From contig DASZLP010000042.1 in the NCBI GenBank assembly GCA_035552355.1, positions 727 to 64,726 of the forward strand: a stretch of 64,000 nt of DNA, in the 5' to 3' direction. Under the pieces are notes generated by a model that ran no database searches, was not told the origin of the DNA, and was given only the letters and a program-made list of their open reading frames with translations. The stretch's first letter is position 1. Each line of letters begins with the position of its first letter. Shown here in pieces: positions 43,107-52,426 of this stretch. The translations under genes were made by a program, and so were the position numbers. The DNA is from Bryobacteraceae bacterium (GTDB lineage: Bacteria > Acidobacteriota > Terriglobia > Bryobacterales > Bryobacteraceae).

Positions 43107-45521
43107 TTAATCCCCCGCAGTCCCCATGTTGAACGGAGAGCTGTTCACAATTCCCCAGATAATGGCCGACCATCGATCGCCATCCCGGTCGGCGCCGCGC
43201 GCGATCCCGCGGATGGCAGGCATATCGGAAAGTTCGACACCGCGGCCGATAGCATATGCCAGCAGCTTCTCCGTAAACGTTCGGACGAAATCCTCTTTGT
43301 GAGTCGTCACGACCTGGCGCAGGCCGGTGATTCCATCGAACTGCGTACCGTCGGGCAATGCGGCGGCGGCATCGATCGGGGCGCCGTCGCTTTCCGTCCG
43401 CCACTTGCCGAGCGCGTCGAAGTTCTCGAGTGCGAAGCCCAGGGGATCCATCCGCCGATGGCACGAGGCGCACTCCGCGGTCTGACGATGGAGTTCCATT
43501 CTTTGACGCAGCGAACGCGGCTGGCCGTCCTGACCCGGATCCTTCAGCGCCGGCACATCAGGAGGCGGCGGCGGTGGAGGCGCGCCCAGCAGATTCGTCA
43601 GGAGCCAGCGTCCGCGCACCGTTACCGAAGTGCGGTTGGGATACGAAGTCACCGCAAGGATGCTCGCCTGGCCCAGCAAACCGCCGCGCACGCCGTCGGT
43701 AAAGTCGACGCGGTGAAAGCGCGGGCCATAGATATTGGGGATTCCGTAGTGCTTCGCCAGCCGCTCATTGACAAACGTATAGTTGGCGGTCACGAGATCG
43801 GCGACGCTGCGGTCTGCTTTGATCTGATCGGCGACGAAGAGCTGCGTCTCGCGCGCCATCGCCTGGCGCAGGTTCTCATCGAATTCGCGGTAGAGGTCGG
43901 TATCCGGAGTCAGCCCGGCGAGCTTGCTCAGGCCCAGCCACCGGTTAGCGAAGCCGTCGATCAGCGCCTGCGATCGCGGATCGCGCAGCATCCGCACGAC
44001 CTGTTGTTTCAAAACCGCGGGATCACGCAATTGCCCCCGCGCCGCCGCGTTCAGAAGTTCATCATCCGGAATGCTGCTCCAGAGGAAGAACGACAGGCGC
44101 GAGGCGAGGTCGAGATCGCTGAGTTTATATGCCGATTCGGCAGCCGCGTTCGCGGGCGCGCTCTCAACACGAAACAGGAAGCTCGGCGCGGCCAGGATGC
44201 GTTCGAGCCCCATCCGAATGCCCGTATCGAAATCCTTCTCCTTGCGCCCGGTGCGGTAAAAGTCTAGGATCGCCTCGAGATCCTCGCTCCCGACGGGACG
44301 CCGGTACGCGCGCCTGGCGAGAGTCGTAAGGATCCTGCGGGCACACGGGTCTTCCTCGGCGGATGTCTTCGGCGTACATACAAAAATCCGCTTGCGGCTG
44401 GGCGAGTCGCCACGCGAGACGTGTCCATACGGTCCGCCGATCATGACGAACTCGACCGCGGGATTGCCGTGATAGTTCTCGTTCGTCGTGCGCGCGAAGC
44501 CGATCTGTTGTGGCTGCAGAACACCCTCCGGCTCCCACAGACGCTCGACGAAAGACGCGCTGACGTCATGCGCGCCGGCCTTCACCGGGACCCGCACTTC
44601 GAGTCCCGCATCCGCCGTGTGCATGTAGACTTCGTACTCGGGAGACCCCTGCGTGTTCCCCGCAAAACCCTCGGGCGTCGTTATCCCTTTGGCTTCGCCG
44701 CCGATGGTGAAACGCTTGATGCGCGCGCCATCCAGCCGGATGTCGAGCTGGTGCGGCTCGCCCATTCCCATGATGTAGTCGTAAAACTGGCGGCGCAGCA
44801 GGACCTTGATCGTATACTCGCCGTCGGCAGGAAAGTTGTGGTGGATCGATGCCCCGCCCTGCGAACCAAACGGCAGATCGTCGCCCATGCGGTCGTCCTG
44901 AACGAGCAGCTTCGAATACTTGTATGTCTCGAGGGCCGGCGGCGTGGCCGCATCGCCCACCGCCAGCCGGCTGATGGAACGAGCGGCGGCGAGGTAGTTT
45001 TCCAACAGAACCTGCGAGACCGAGAGGATGCTGGCGACGTTATCGAAGCCGTCCTGATCGGAATCGTCCGCCGGAAGCAGCGCCTTGCTGTCGATGTCGA
45101 GATCGAGCAGATCGCGGATGGCATTGGTGTATTCGGTGCGGTTCACCCGATGGACGGGGACTCGGCCGGGATTGGGATGATCGACCGCCGCCCGGTCGAG
45201 CGCGGATTCCAGTTCGAGAGCCGCCGTGCGATAAGCAGTGGCATCGGGCCTCGGGAGACCAGGCGGCGGCATCTCGCCGGTGCGCAGTTTGCGCGCAACC
45301 TTTTCCCAGATGTCGGGATGCTCGCCGATGCGGCCGGTTGCCAGTGGATCGAGAACCAGTCCGCCGGTTTTCAGACGGGGGTTGTGGCAACCGACGCAGT
45401 ATTGCTGGATGACGGCTTTCGCGGCGGGCGCCGGCGAAGGATCGTCCGCGCGCAGGGTCATCATCAGCGCGGCGAGCACGGCGGTGCAGAGGCACTTCCA
45501 GACGAGGGAACGGCCGCCCAT
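43107..45521 (-). CDS. DUF1592/DUF1588/DUF1585-type protein with cytochrome-c-like CxxCH motifs
   Basis: 804 aa. N-terminal VIQQYCVGCHNPRLKTGGL and C-terminal AECASCHRRMDPLGFALENFD. Confidence 0.85.
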   Translation of the reverse strand: MGGRSLVWKCLCTAVLAALMMTLRADDPSPAPAAKAVIQQYCVGCHNPRLKTGGLVLDPLATGRIGEHPDIWEKVARKLRTGEMPPPGLPRPDATAYRTAALELESALDRAAVDHPNPGRVPVHRVNRTEYTNAIRDLLDLDIDSKALLPADDSDQDGFDNVASILSVSQVLLENYLAAARSISRLAVGDAATPPALETYKYSKLLVQDDRMGDDLPFGSQGGASIHHNFPADGEYTIKVLLRRQFYDYIMGMGEPHQLDIRLDGARIKRFTIGGEAKGITTPEGFAGNTQGSPEYEVYMHTADAGLEVRVPVKAGAHDVSASFVERLWEPEGVLQPQQIGFARTTNENYHGNPAVEFVMIGGPYGHVSRGDSPSRKRIFVCTPKTSAEEDPCARRILTTLARRAYRRPVGSEDLEAILDFYRTGRKEKDFDTGIRMGLERILAAPSFLFRVESAPANAAAESAYKLSDLDLASRLSFFLWSSIPDDELLNAAARGQLRDPAVLKQQVVRMLRDPRSQALIDGFANRWLGLSKLAGLTPDTDLYREFDENLRQAMARETQLFVADQIKADRSVADLVTANYTFVNERLAKHYGIPNIYGPRFHRVDFTDGVRGGLLGQASILAVTSYPNRTSVTVRGRWLLTNLLGAPPPPPPPDVPALKDPGQDGQPRSLRQRMELHRQTAECASCHRRMDPLGFALENFDALGKWRTESDGAPIDAAAALPDGTQFDGITGLRQVVTTHKEDFVRTFTEKLLAYAIGRGVELSDMPAIRGIARGADRDGDRWSAIIWGIVNSSPFNMGTAGD

Positions 45522-45923
45522 TGAGAACGATACTATTCCAGCAGGAAGTGGGGGTCAATCAGGAGGCAAATCAACGCGGCTGCGGATAAAGGCCGAGGAC
45601 ATCGCCGCCCGGACCGGCCGCACGATTTCGCCTCCGTCCGCGACGATGCTCGCCAGAGTAGCGGCGTGGACGGCTGGCGCCCGGCGATCCACATGCCGCC
45701 GACTTCGCCGACTCCGTCGTCGAACGGTTTATGGCCGACACGCCACCCCCTGAAGGGATGCTGCACGAGTGCGCAATTGTCCCCAACAGGGGAACCCCTG
45801 AAGAACAAGGGCGTGCGTCCCGCGCTTGTTCGACGCGCGGCCAGGGCGGAAAATATGGAGCCGTGGCGGTTTCAGCGTTGCCGGAAGCGGACGAAGCGAA
45901 TTGCAACTATCATTAAAGGTGAT

Positions 45924-46199
45924 ATGACGGTTCGCATCACAGAAGCCGAACTCGCGCGCGACGTGCGCGCGGTTATGGAAAAAGTCGAGCAGGGCAGTGA
46001 GGTGATCATCGAGCAAGAGGATCATCGGCCCGTCGCTGTCATCCATGCCCCGCGTCGCAGCGGTCGCCCGATCACTGAAATTCTGACCGAAGCCAGGAAG
46101 AGAAACTCGACCGCGACGCTCGATGAGGATTTCGGTTCGGACCTGGAAGAGATCATCGCCAGCCACCAGCAGCCATGGCAGCCGCCCTCGTGGGATTAG
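45924..46199 (+). CDS. Phd/YefM-type type II antitoxin
   Basis: AAGGTGAT Shine-Dalgarno, then ATG 45924 giving MTVRITEAELARDVRAVMEKVEQGSEVIIEQEDHRPVAVIHAP. Confidence 0.75.
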   Translation: MTVRITEAELARDVRAVMEKVEQGSEVIIEQEDHRPVAVIHAPRRSGRPITEILTEARKRNSTATLDEDFGSDLEEIIASHQQPWQPPSWD

Positions 46200-46603
46200 T
46201 GCTGGATTCCAGCACGGCCATCGCCGCCGAGCGAAACAGGCAGTCGGTTGCGGATTTCATCGAAAGCATCCTCCGCGCTCGCGGCCCGCTCGACTTGTCG
46301 CTTTCCCCGGTAACGGTCGCGGAACTGGTGCACGGAATTTTCCGTGCCCGGACACCGGCAGCCGCCCAGTCGCGCCGCCTGTTTATCGAGGAGTTGGTCA
46401 GCCTGGTCCCAGTGCAGCCGATCACAAAGCAAACCGGGTGGCTTGTTGGCCAGATCGAAGGCCAGGAAGCAGCCAACGGCAACGTGCTTCCGTTCAGTGA
46501 CCTGATGATCGCCGCGACCGCCCTCGAACAGGGGTAGGCAGTATTAACGAGGAACCTGAGGCACTTTCAAAAAATCCCCAACCTGACCGTCGTACCATTC
46601 TGA
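46175..46603 (+). pseudogene. vapC: PIN-domain toxin (VapC-like) interrupted by an in-frame TAG
   Basis: VGLVLDSSTAIAAE..PVTVAELVHG..FSDLMIAATALEQG, then TAG (46535-46537), then AVLTRNLRHFQKIPNLTVVPF and TGA (46601-46603). The segment after the stop is the normal PIN C-terminus. Confidence 0.65.
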
Positions 46604-46898
46604 GCGGCAGCGCCCCCTTTCTCTGTCGAGTGATGTTCCACAGCGATCCTCACCATCAAGGCCGACCCTCGTGGTGCGGTGCGCGCAGACTCGACCGCTC
46701 CGGGCCGCTGCGAAGACCGATCTGGATATCAGGGAAAGGAGGCTTATGGAATGGGCACGTCGACCGCGCCCACCCGAAAGACTACTTCAGGCAGCGAGTG
46801 GGCGCGCGCAATCCTCGTGGAACGACTGAAACGGATCACCGCGCAAGCGCGCGAGGAGGCGTACTCGCCGAATTGCTGAAGTCAGGCAGAAGCTTTTT

Positions 46899-47123
46899 TC
46901 AAGCCGGAACGACTGCAACGACCGGGATTCCGGCGCGCTGCAACGCCGTTTCCACTTCAGTGGTCCGCAGACGGCTGGCGTCGAATTCGACCATCAGCTC
47001 TTCACGCGATGGAGCGATCTGGATGCGCTCGATGCCGTAGATGGAATTGGCAGCCGCGATTTGGTCCATGAGCGATTCGTCAAGAGGCCGCTGCAGGCGG
47101 AAGTGCTTCTGAACTTTGGTCAT
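46899..47123 (-). CDS. Small hypothetical protein downstream of thiD
   Basis: 74 aa, starting 17 nt after the thiD stop. No family recognised. Confidence 0.55.
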   Translation of the reverse strand: MTKVQKHFRLQRPLDESLMDQIAAANSIYGIERIQIAPSREELMVEFDASRLRTTEVETALQRAGIPVVAVVPA

Positions 47124-47140
47124 TGCGTGAGGAAAGCCGA

Positions 47141-47920
47141 TTATAGCGAATCATCCGCCCAGTGGTTCACGGGCCCGGAACCCGCGCCTAGTCCTGGAGC
47201 GGTCCGAATCGCGTTATCGATGAACCGCCTCGCTCGGGCGACGGCATCGACAAGCGCGAAGCCGCGCGCGAGGAATGCCGTGATCGCGGCCGAGTAGGTG
47301 CATCCGGTGCCGTGTGTGTGGCGCGTGACGATGCGCGCCTCGCGGAATTCTCTGAAAGCGCCATCGCTATACAGGATGTCGATCGCGTCGCCCTCCAGAT
47401 GCCCTCCCTTTACAAGGACGGACTGCGCGCCCAAATCGGCAATCTTCCGGGCCGCCTCGCGCATCTGTGCGGGGTTCGCGACCGGCATGCGTGCCAGTTC
47501 GGAAGCTTCCGCCAGGTTCGGAGTTACCAGCGCGGCTCTGGGCAAAAGGCGTGCCCGAAGGGCAATCCGCGCATCATGGTCCATCAGCGAGGACCCATGC
47601 TTTCCGATCATCACCGGGTCGACGACGAGCGGGCAGCCGAGTCGGGACGCCGCGACCGCCTCCACAATGGCGGCCGTTCCGAGCGCGCCGGTCTTGGCGG
47701 CCTGCGGTCGAAGGTCCGCAACGACAGCGTCTATCTGCTCGGAAACCAGAGCCGCATCGAGAGTTTCAACGCGGGACGCGCTTACCGTGTTTTGCACGGT
47801 AATCAACGTGATTGCGGACGTGCCGAAAACGCCAAGCTGATGAAAAGTCTTGAGATCGGCCTGAATGCCGGCACCGCCGCCCGGGTCGGAGCCGGCGATG
47901 GTGAGGGCGACAGGGGGCAC
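47141..47920 (-). CDS. thiD: Hydroxymethylpyrimidine/phosphomethylpyrimidine kinase
   Basis: ALTIAGSDPGGGAGIQADLKTFHQLGVFGTSAITLITVQN and HGTGCTYSAAI motifs. Confidence 0.9.
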   Translation of the reverse strand: MPPVALTIAGSDPGGGAGIQADLKTFHQLGVFGTSAITLITVQNTVSASRVETLDAALVSEQIDAVVADLRPQAAKTGALGTAAIVEAVAASRLGCPLVVDPVMIGKHGSSLMDHDARIALRARLLPRAALVTPNLAEASELARMPVANPAQMREAARKIADLGAQSVLVKGGHLEGDAIDILYSDGAFREFREARIVTRHTHGTGCTYSAAITAFLARGFALVDAVARARRFIDNAIRTAPGLGAGSGPVNHWADDSL

Positions 47921-48023
47921 TCCTTCTATGTTATTTGCCAGACGTTCCGCGCGCGAGGCCGTTTCATAACGGGAATTCGGGGTTTATCATAATGAACCGC
48001 TAAAGGCCCGCCGATAGTCGGGC

Positions 48024-49886
48024 ATGTACGCCAGTTCTCACAAATCCACAGCTCTTCTGGCAGCACTCTTCCTTGGCCACATCGCTTTTGGGCAGGAACT
48101 TCATCTCAAATCCCGCACGATCGTGACGGCGGGCTCCGGGTCGGGGCTTCACGCGCACGCGCGGACGGCCGAGGCCGATCCCATCCATCAGATCATCCAG
48201 TTCGACCATATGCCTGGCGTGGACGATCTCAACGCCCTGCTTGCCGCCGGCTTCCGAATCACCGGCGCGGTGCCCGACAATGCCGTGATGGCGATTGCGC
48301 CCGACCCGGCGACCGCCGCCAACGTGACCGCACTCGTCGCGGGCATCCAGTGGGTCGGCGCGATGGAGACGAGCGACAAGATGAGCCCCATATTCGAGAC
48401 CTCTTCCGCCGCGCAAGGGAACATGCTCGATGCAATCGTGGAATTCCACGCCGACATCGACACCGCCGCCCAGCAGGCGATTGCGGCCGCGGAGAGCCTT
48501 ACCTTCCTGCATCCGGCGGCGCTGATTCCCGGCCACATGCTGGTGAATGCGACTTACGACAAGCTGCTGGCGATCGCCGCGCACGATGAAGTCGCATATA
48601 TCTTTCCGGCCGATGCGGCTCTGACGACCGAAAACGAGATGATTCCATGCGTTGGAATGCTGACTGCGGCGGGTCCGGTGGGACAGTACGCCAACATCGT
48701 GCACGGATGGGATCTCAACTCCGACCAGATGGCACATCTGAACTATGTCTTCGGAACGCTGACTTCGAAAGTGCCCGCGCAGACGGTGCAGTCGGAGATT
48801 CTGCGGGCGATGAACGCATGGTCGGCGGTTACCAATGTGGTGTTCGAGCAGGGAACAAGCGCGACCGCCACGCGCACGATTCTGGTGAAGTTCGCGAGCG
48901 GCCCGCACGGCGACTCGTATCCGTTCGACGGTCCGGGCGGAGTGCTTGGGCACACGTTCTATCCGGTGCCGATAAATTCGGAGTCGATTGCGGGCGACAT
49001 CCATCTGGATGCCGATGAAAATTGGCATGCGGGCGGCGATCTCGACATCTATACAGTGGTGCTGCATGAGCTGGGACATGCGATCGGCCTCGGCCATTCC
49101 GATAAGCCTGGGGATGTGATGTATCCCTACTACCATCGCGGTGCGCAGCTTTCCGCGAATGACATCGGCGCGGCGCGAGAGCTTTATGGAGTGCCTGGAA
49201 ATGTGGCGCCGAGCGCGGAGACGGCTCCGCAGACGCCCGTAACGGTGACCACTACCATCGCACCTGCTCCGGCTCCCGTGCCTGCTCCGGCGCCTGCTCC
49301 TGCTCCAGTCCCGACTCCCGCAAAGCCGCTGAGCCTGACTTTGAATGCGGTTCCGTCACCGGGCGCTGCCACGCAGACATCGATCTCCGGGACGGTGGTT
49401 GGAGGCGTGGCGCCGCTGACGGTTCAGTTTCAGACGGACAAGGGATACACGGGGAAAGCTTCGGTGAGCGCTTCGGGCACATGGAGCGCGGCCGGTGTGG
49501 CGCTCGTTGCAGGGAGCAATACCATCACCGTGACGGCCTTCGATTCGTCGCATCAAACGATTTCTCAGTCAGAGCAAGTGAACCGCACGGCTTCAGCGCC
49601 CACGGCCGCCGCAGGTCCGGTGCGCGTCCAGATCACATCTCCCTCGGCTGCCGTGAGCACCGCGAAAGGCACGACGGTCTCGGTGGGCGGTGCGGCCTCA
49701 GGCGGCGTGGGAATTACCCAGGTGACCTGGCAGACGTCGACGGGCCAATCCGGCACGGCGGATGGCACGGATCACTGGCTGGCTACAAATATCCCGCTGA
49801 TGACGGGAACAAATACAGTTTTGATCAGGGCTTATGATGCGGCGGGCGCAAGCGCCTGGGCTTCAGTCGTGGTGGTCCGCCACTAG
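48024..49886 (+). CDS. Secreted matrixin-type (M10) zinc metalloprotease with Ala/Pro linker and C-terminal Ig-like repeats
   Basis: Signal peptide. HELGHAIGLGHS zinc motif followed by a Met-turn (VMYPYY). APAPAPVPAPAPAPAPVPTP linker. Confidence 0.85.
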   Translation: MYASSHKSTALLAALFLGHIAFGQELHLKSRTIVTAGSGSGLHAHARTAEADPIHQIIQFDHMPGVDDLNALLAAGFRITGAVPDNAVMAIAPDPATAANVTALVAGIQWVGAMETSDKMSPIFETSSAAQGNMLDAIVEFHADIDTAAQQAIAAAESLTFLHPAALIPGHMLVNATYDKLLAIAAHDEVAYIFPADAALTTENEMIPCVGMLTAAGPVGQYANIVHGWDLNSDQMAHLNYVFGTLTSKVPAQTVQSEILRAMNAWSAVTNVVFEQGTSATATRTILVKFASGPHGDSYPFDGPGGVLGHTFYPVPINSESIAGDIHLDADENWHAGGDLDIYTVVLHELGHAIGLGHSDKPGDVMYPYYHRGAQLSANDIGAARELYGVPGNVAPSAETAPQTPVTVTTTIAPAPAPVPAPAPAPAPVPTPAKPLSLTLNAVPSPGAATQTSISGTVVGGVAPLTVQFQTDKGYTGKASVSASGTWSAAGVALVAGSNTITVTAFDSSHQTISQSEQVNRTASAPTAAAGPVRVQITSPSAAVSTAKGTTVSVGGAASGGVGITQVTWQTSTGQSGTADGTDHWLATNIPLMTGTNTVLIRAYDAAGASAWASVVVVRH

Positions 49887-49896
49887 AGAGCATTCA

Positions 49897-50000
49897 TTGC
49901 CGCTCCTTCACAGCCGCGGTTCAAACAAACGCGTGTTTGGCGCAAAGCCCACAAACGCCTGAAGAGACTCAGGACTGAACCGCGACTGAAGGAGCGGCAA
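49897..50000. repeat. Long imperfect hairpin (REP-like or bidirectional terminator) between convergent genes
   Basis: TTGCCGCTCCTTCACAGCCGCGGTTCA (49897-49923) pairs with TGAACCGCGACTGAAGGAGCGGCAA (49976-50000). The loop contains CAAAC-GCGT-GTTTG. Confidence 0.5.
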
Positions 50001-50020
50001 CGTAAAGGCCATAGCAGCCA

Positions 50021-50548
50021 TTACGGCTTCAATGCATACTCGACCTTGAAGGGCCCGAGTTCCGGATAGTAAAGCTGCGCGCGGACCAGCTCCGATAACT
50101 GGCGCAGGTGCCCGAGGTCATGCAGCGCCCATTCGCTCAGCAGGTTTGACAGGGAGAACTGTCCAAGCACCGTATGGCGGCCGGTGCGCGCCAGCAGCTT
50201 CGGGTCGAGTCCACGCAGGAACTCCACGTTGTCTTCGCGCTGCTCTTCCCAGTGCGCGAGCGACTCCTCGGCGTCGCGGTTCGAATAAGTGCCACTGGCA
50301 TACCAAACATTCTGATCGTAAGGTTCGATTTCAGGACCGTCCTTCGCAAGGATTTCATCGAAGCGGATGCGGAAACAGTGCGCCTCCACATGCGAAAGAT
50401 GTTCGAAAAGCTCGGCGATAGAGAATCGCTCGGGCGTGGGTTTCCAGTAAGCCTGTTTGTCGTCGACGCCGGTGAGCAGCGCGCGGACGATGTCCGGTGT
50501 GGCGGCAAGATGGTCGATCGCGGGATGTTCGAGCCGGGGTGCGGGCAT
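50021..50548 (-). CDS. DinB-family protein
   Basis: IAELFEHLSHVEAHCF ... LLSEWALHDLGHLRQL His motifs. 175 aa. Confidence 0.8.
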   Translation of the reverse strand: MPAPRLEHPAIDHLAATPDIVRALLTGVDDKQAYWKPTPERFSIAELFEHLSHVEAHCFRIRFDEILAKDGPEIEPYDQNVWYASGTYSNRDAEESLAHWEEQREDNVEFLRGLDPKLLARTGRHTVLGQFSLSNLLSEWALHDLGHLRQLSELVRAQLYYPELGPFKVEYALKP

Positions 50549-50680
50549 GTGACGATCGTATCCCGCGAAATTGCACGCCTGGGGCGTTGTGCGTCAACCA
50601 CGAAATCTCTTGCTGTGATACCGGCGGCTGTGGTTACAGAACTCAGTATTTGACCCACACCATGATTTTCCGCAAAACCA

Positions 50681-51100
50681 ATGCCCACAAGGGCGGCACA
50701 TGAAGGTTACACCCGGCAACAGCACCAACCGGTATCTCTGCTTATGGACGGATCATGCTCGGCGGCGCCGAACGATCCGTCGCCTTCACGACAGCCGACA
50801 GAGAAACCGAGCCTGCCTCCCCATGAGCACACCGGGATGCTCGAAGAAATGTATGTATACTTCGACATGCCGGAGCCGGCCTTCAGTATTCAGATGGTGT
50901 ACAACAACACCGAATATCCCGAGCTCGTTACCGTGGTTCGCGACGGCGACGCGGTCCTGATGCCCGGCGGTTATCATCCTAATGTGTTGGTGCCCGACCA
51001 TCGGATGTGTTTTCTCTGGGCCATGGCGGCGCACCGGGAAGTAACCGATCGCCATTATGGCGTGGTGAACGTTCAGCCGGGCTTCCAAACGGGCAGGTAG
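50681..51100 (+). pseudogene. 5-deoxy-glucuronate isomerase (IolB)-like C-terminal cupin fragment
   Basis: PPHEHTGMLEEMYVYFDMPEPAFSIQMVY..DGDAVLMPGGYHPNVLVPDHRMCFLWAMAA matches only the C-terminal half of ~270-aa IolB proteins. No N-terminal half is visible upstream. Confidence 0.5.
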
Positions 51101-51111
51101 TAAATTACCCA

Positions 51112-52407
51112 TTGGCGCAGACTCAAACTATCCCGGGGGTCCAGTCCGGCGCTTCGGCGCCGAAGGCGGGACGTTACCGGTGGCGCATCTGCGCGCTGCT
51201 CTTCTTCGCGACCACGATTAATTACATGGATCGCCAGGTACTCGGCGTTCTCGCGCCGCATCTGCAGACCGTCATCGGCTGGAATGAGATTCAGTACAGC
51301 TCCATCGTGACGTCGTTCCAGGCCGCCTACGCAACCGGGCTCGTCCTGGTCGGCGGATTTATCGATCGCGTCGGGACGCGCCTCGGCTACGCGGCCGCGA
51401 TCCTGTTGTGGAGCCTCGCCGCAATGAGCCATGCGCTGGTCCGCAGCGTGATTGGTTTCGCGATCGTGCGCTTCATGCTCGGCCTTGGCGAATCCGGCAA
51501 CTTCCCCGCAGCGATCAAGACCGTCGCCGAATGGTTCCCGCGCCGCGAGCGCTCGTTCGCTACGGGCATCTTTAACTCAGGCTCGAACGTGGGCGCGATC
51601 CTCGCTCCGATTGCCGTGCCCTGGATCGCCGTCTCACTCGGATGGCAATGGGCATTCGTGTTCACCGGTATCTTCAGCGCGACGTGGATCGTAGCCTGGC
51701 TGAAAGTTTACAGGCGTCCGTCAGAACACCCGCGCCTCAGCCATGCAGAGCTCGATTACATCCAGAGCGATGCGGCCGAGCCGGCGGTGAAGATACCCTG
51801 GGTGCGTCTGCTGCCACATCGCCAGACGTGGGCCTTCCTCATTGCGAAATTCATGACGGACCCCATCTGGTGGTTCTTCCTCTTCTGGCTGCCGAAGTTC
51901 CTGAATTCGAAGCACGGACTCTCACTGACGGAACTTGGACCGCCGCTCGTCGTCATTTATCTGACGGCGGATCTCGGCAGTATCGGCGGCGGCTGGATCG
52001 CCGGCGCTTTCATGAAGCTCGGCTGGACTCTCAACCGCGCACGCAAGACCGCCATGCTCATCTGCGCCTGTCTGGTCGTCCCAGTCGTCTTTGCCGCGAG
52101 TGTCGCAAGCCTTTGGAGCGCCGTCGCACTGATCGGGCTCGCCGCCGCGGCGCATCAGGGCTGGTCGGCTAACCTGTTCACGCTGGCGTCGGATATGTTT
52201 CCGCGCCGCGCCGTCGCGTCGGTGGTCGGCATCGGCGGCTTCGGGGGCGCCGTCGGAGGCATGGTGATCGGGACGTTCACCGGTTTTCTGTTGCAATTCA
52301 CCGGCAGCTATGTACCGGTCTTCGTGATGGCCGGCTCGGCGTATCTTCTCGCGCTGCTGATCGTGCAGATTCTCGTGCCGCGGCTGGAATCGGCGCCCGT
52401 TTCATAG
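51112..52407 (+). CDS. MFS transporter (hexuronate/ACS-family-like)
   Basis: YRWRICALLFFATTINYMDRQVLGVLAP signature. TTG 51112 is the first start after the upstream stop; the ORF opens at 51007. Confidence 0.8.
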   Translation: MAQTQTIPGVQSGASAPKAGRYRWRICALLFFATTINYMDRQVLGVLAPHLQTVIGWNEIQYSSIVTSFQAAYATGLVLVGGFIDRVGTRLGYAAAILLWSLAAMSHALVRSVIGFAIVRFMLGLGESGNFPAAIKTVAEWFPRRERSFATGIFNSGSNVGAILAPIAVPWIAVSLGWQWAFVFTGIFSATWIVAWLKVYRRPSEHPRLSHAELDYIQSDAAEPAVKIPWVRLLPHRQTWAFLIAKFMTDPIWWFFLFWLPKFLNSKHGLSLTELGPPLVVIYLTADLGSIGGGWIAGAFMKLGWTLNRARKTAMLICACLVVPVVFAASVASLWSAVALIGLAAAAHQGWSANLFTLASDMFPRRAVASVVGIGGFGGAVGGMVIGTFTGFLLQFTGSYVPVFVMAGSAYLLALLIVQILVPRLESAPVS

Positions 52408-52426
52408 CCCCCGCCGCCAATCGTCC

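Noticed and set aside
45533-45906. Overlapping 91-aa and 111-aa minus-strand ORFs in the gap upstream of the DUF1592 gene; some stretches look protein-like (HPFRGWRVGHKPFDDGVGEVGG, LASIVADGGEIVRPVRAAM in another frame)
   Set aside because: No family is recognised, the readable pieces sit in different frames, and there is no start/Shine-Dalgarno context. It may be a degraded gene relic, but I cannot support a call.
47921-48023. Looked for a TPP riboswitch upstream of thiD
   Set aside because: Neither strand shows the conserved CTGAGA / ACCTGATCTGGATAATGCCAGCG cores.
49255-49330. Tandem GCN-CCN DNA repeat that could be taken for a VNTR or CRISPR-like array
   Set aside because: It is in frame inside the matrixin gene and encodes an Ala/Pro linker (APAPAPVPAPAPAPAPVPTP). 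There is no spacer/repeat architecture.
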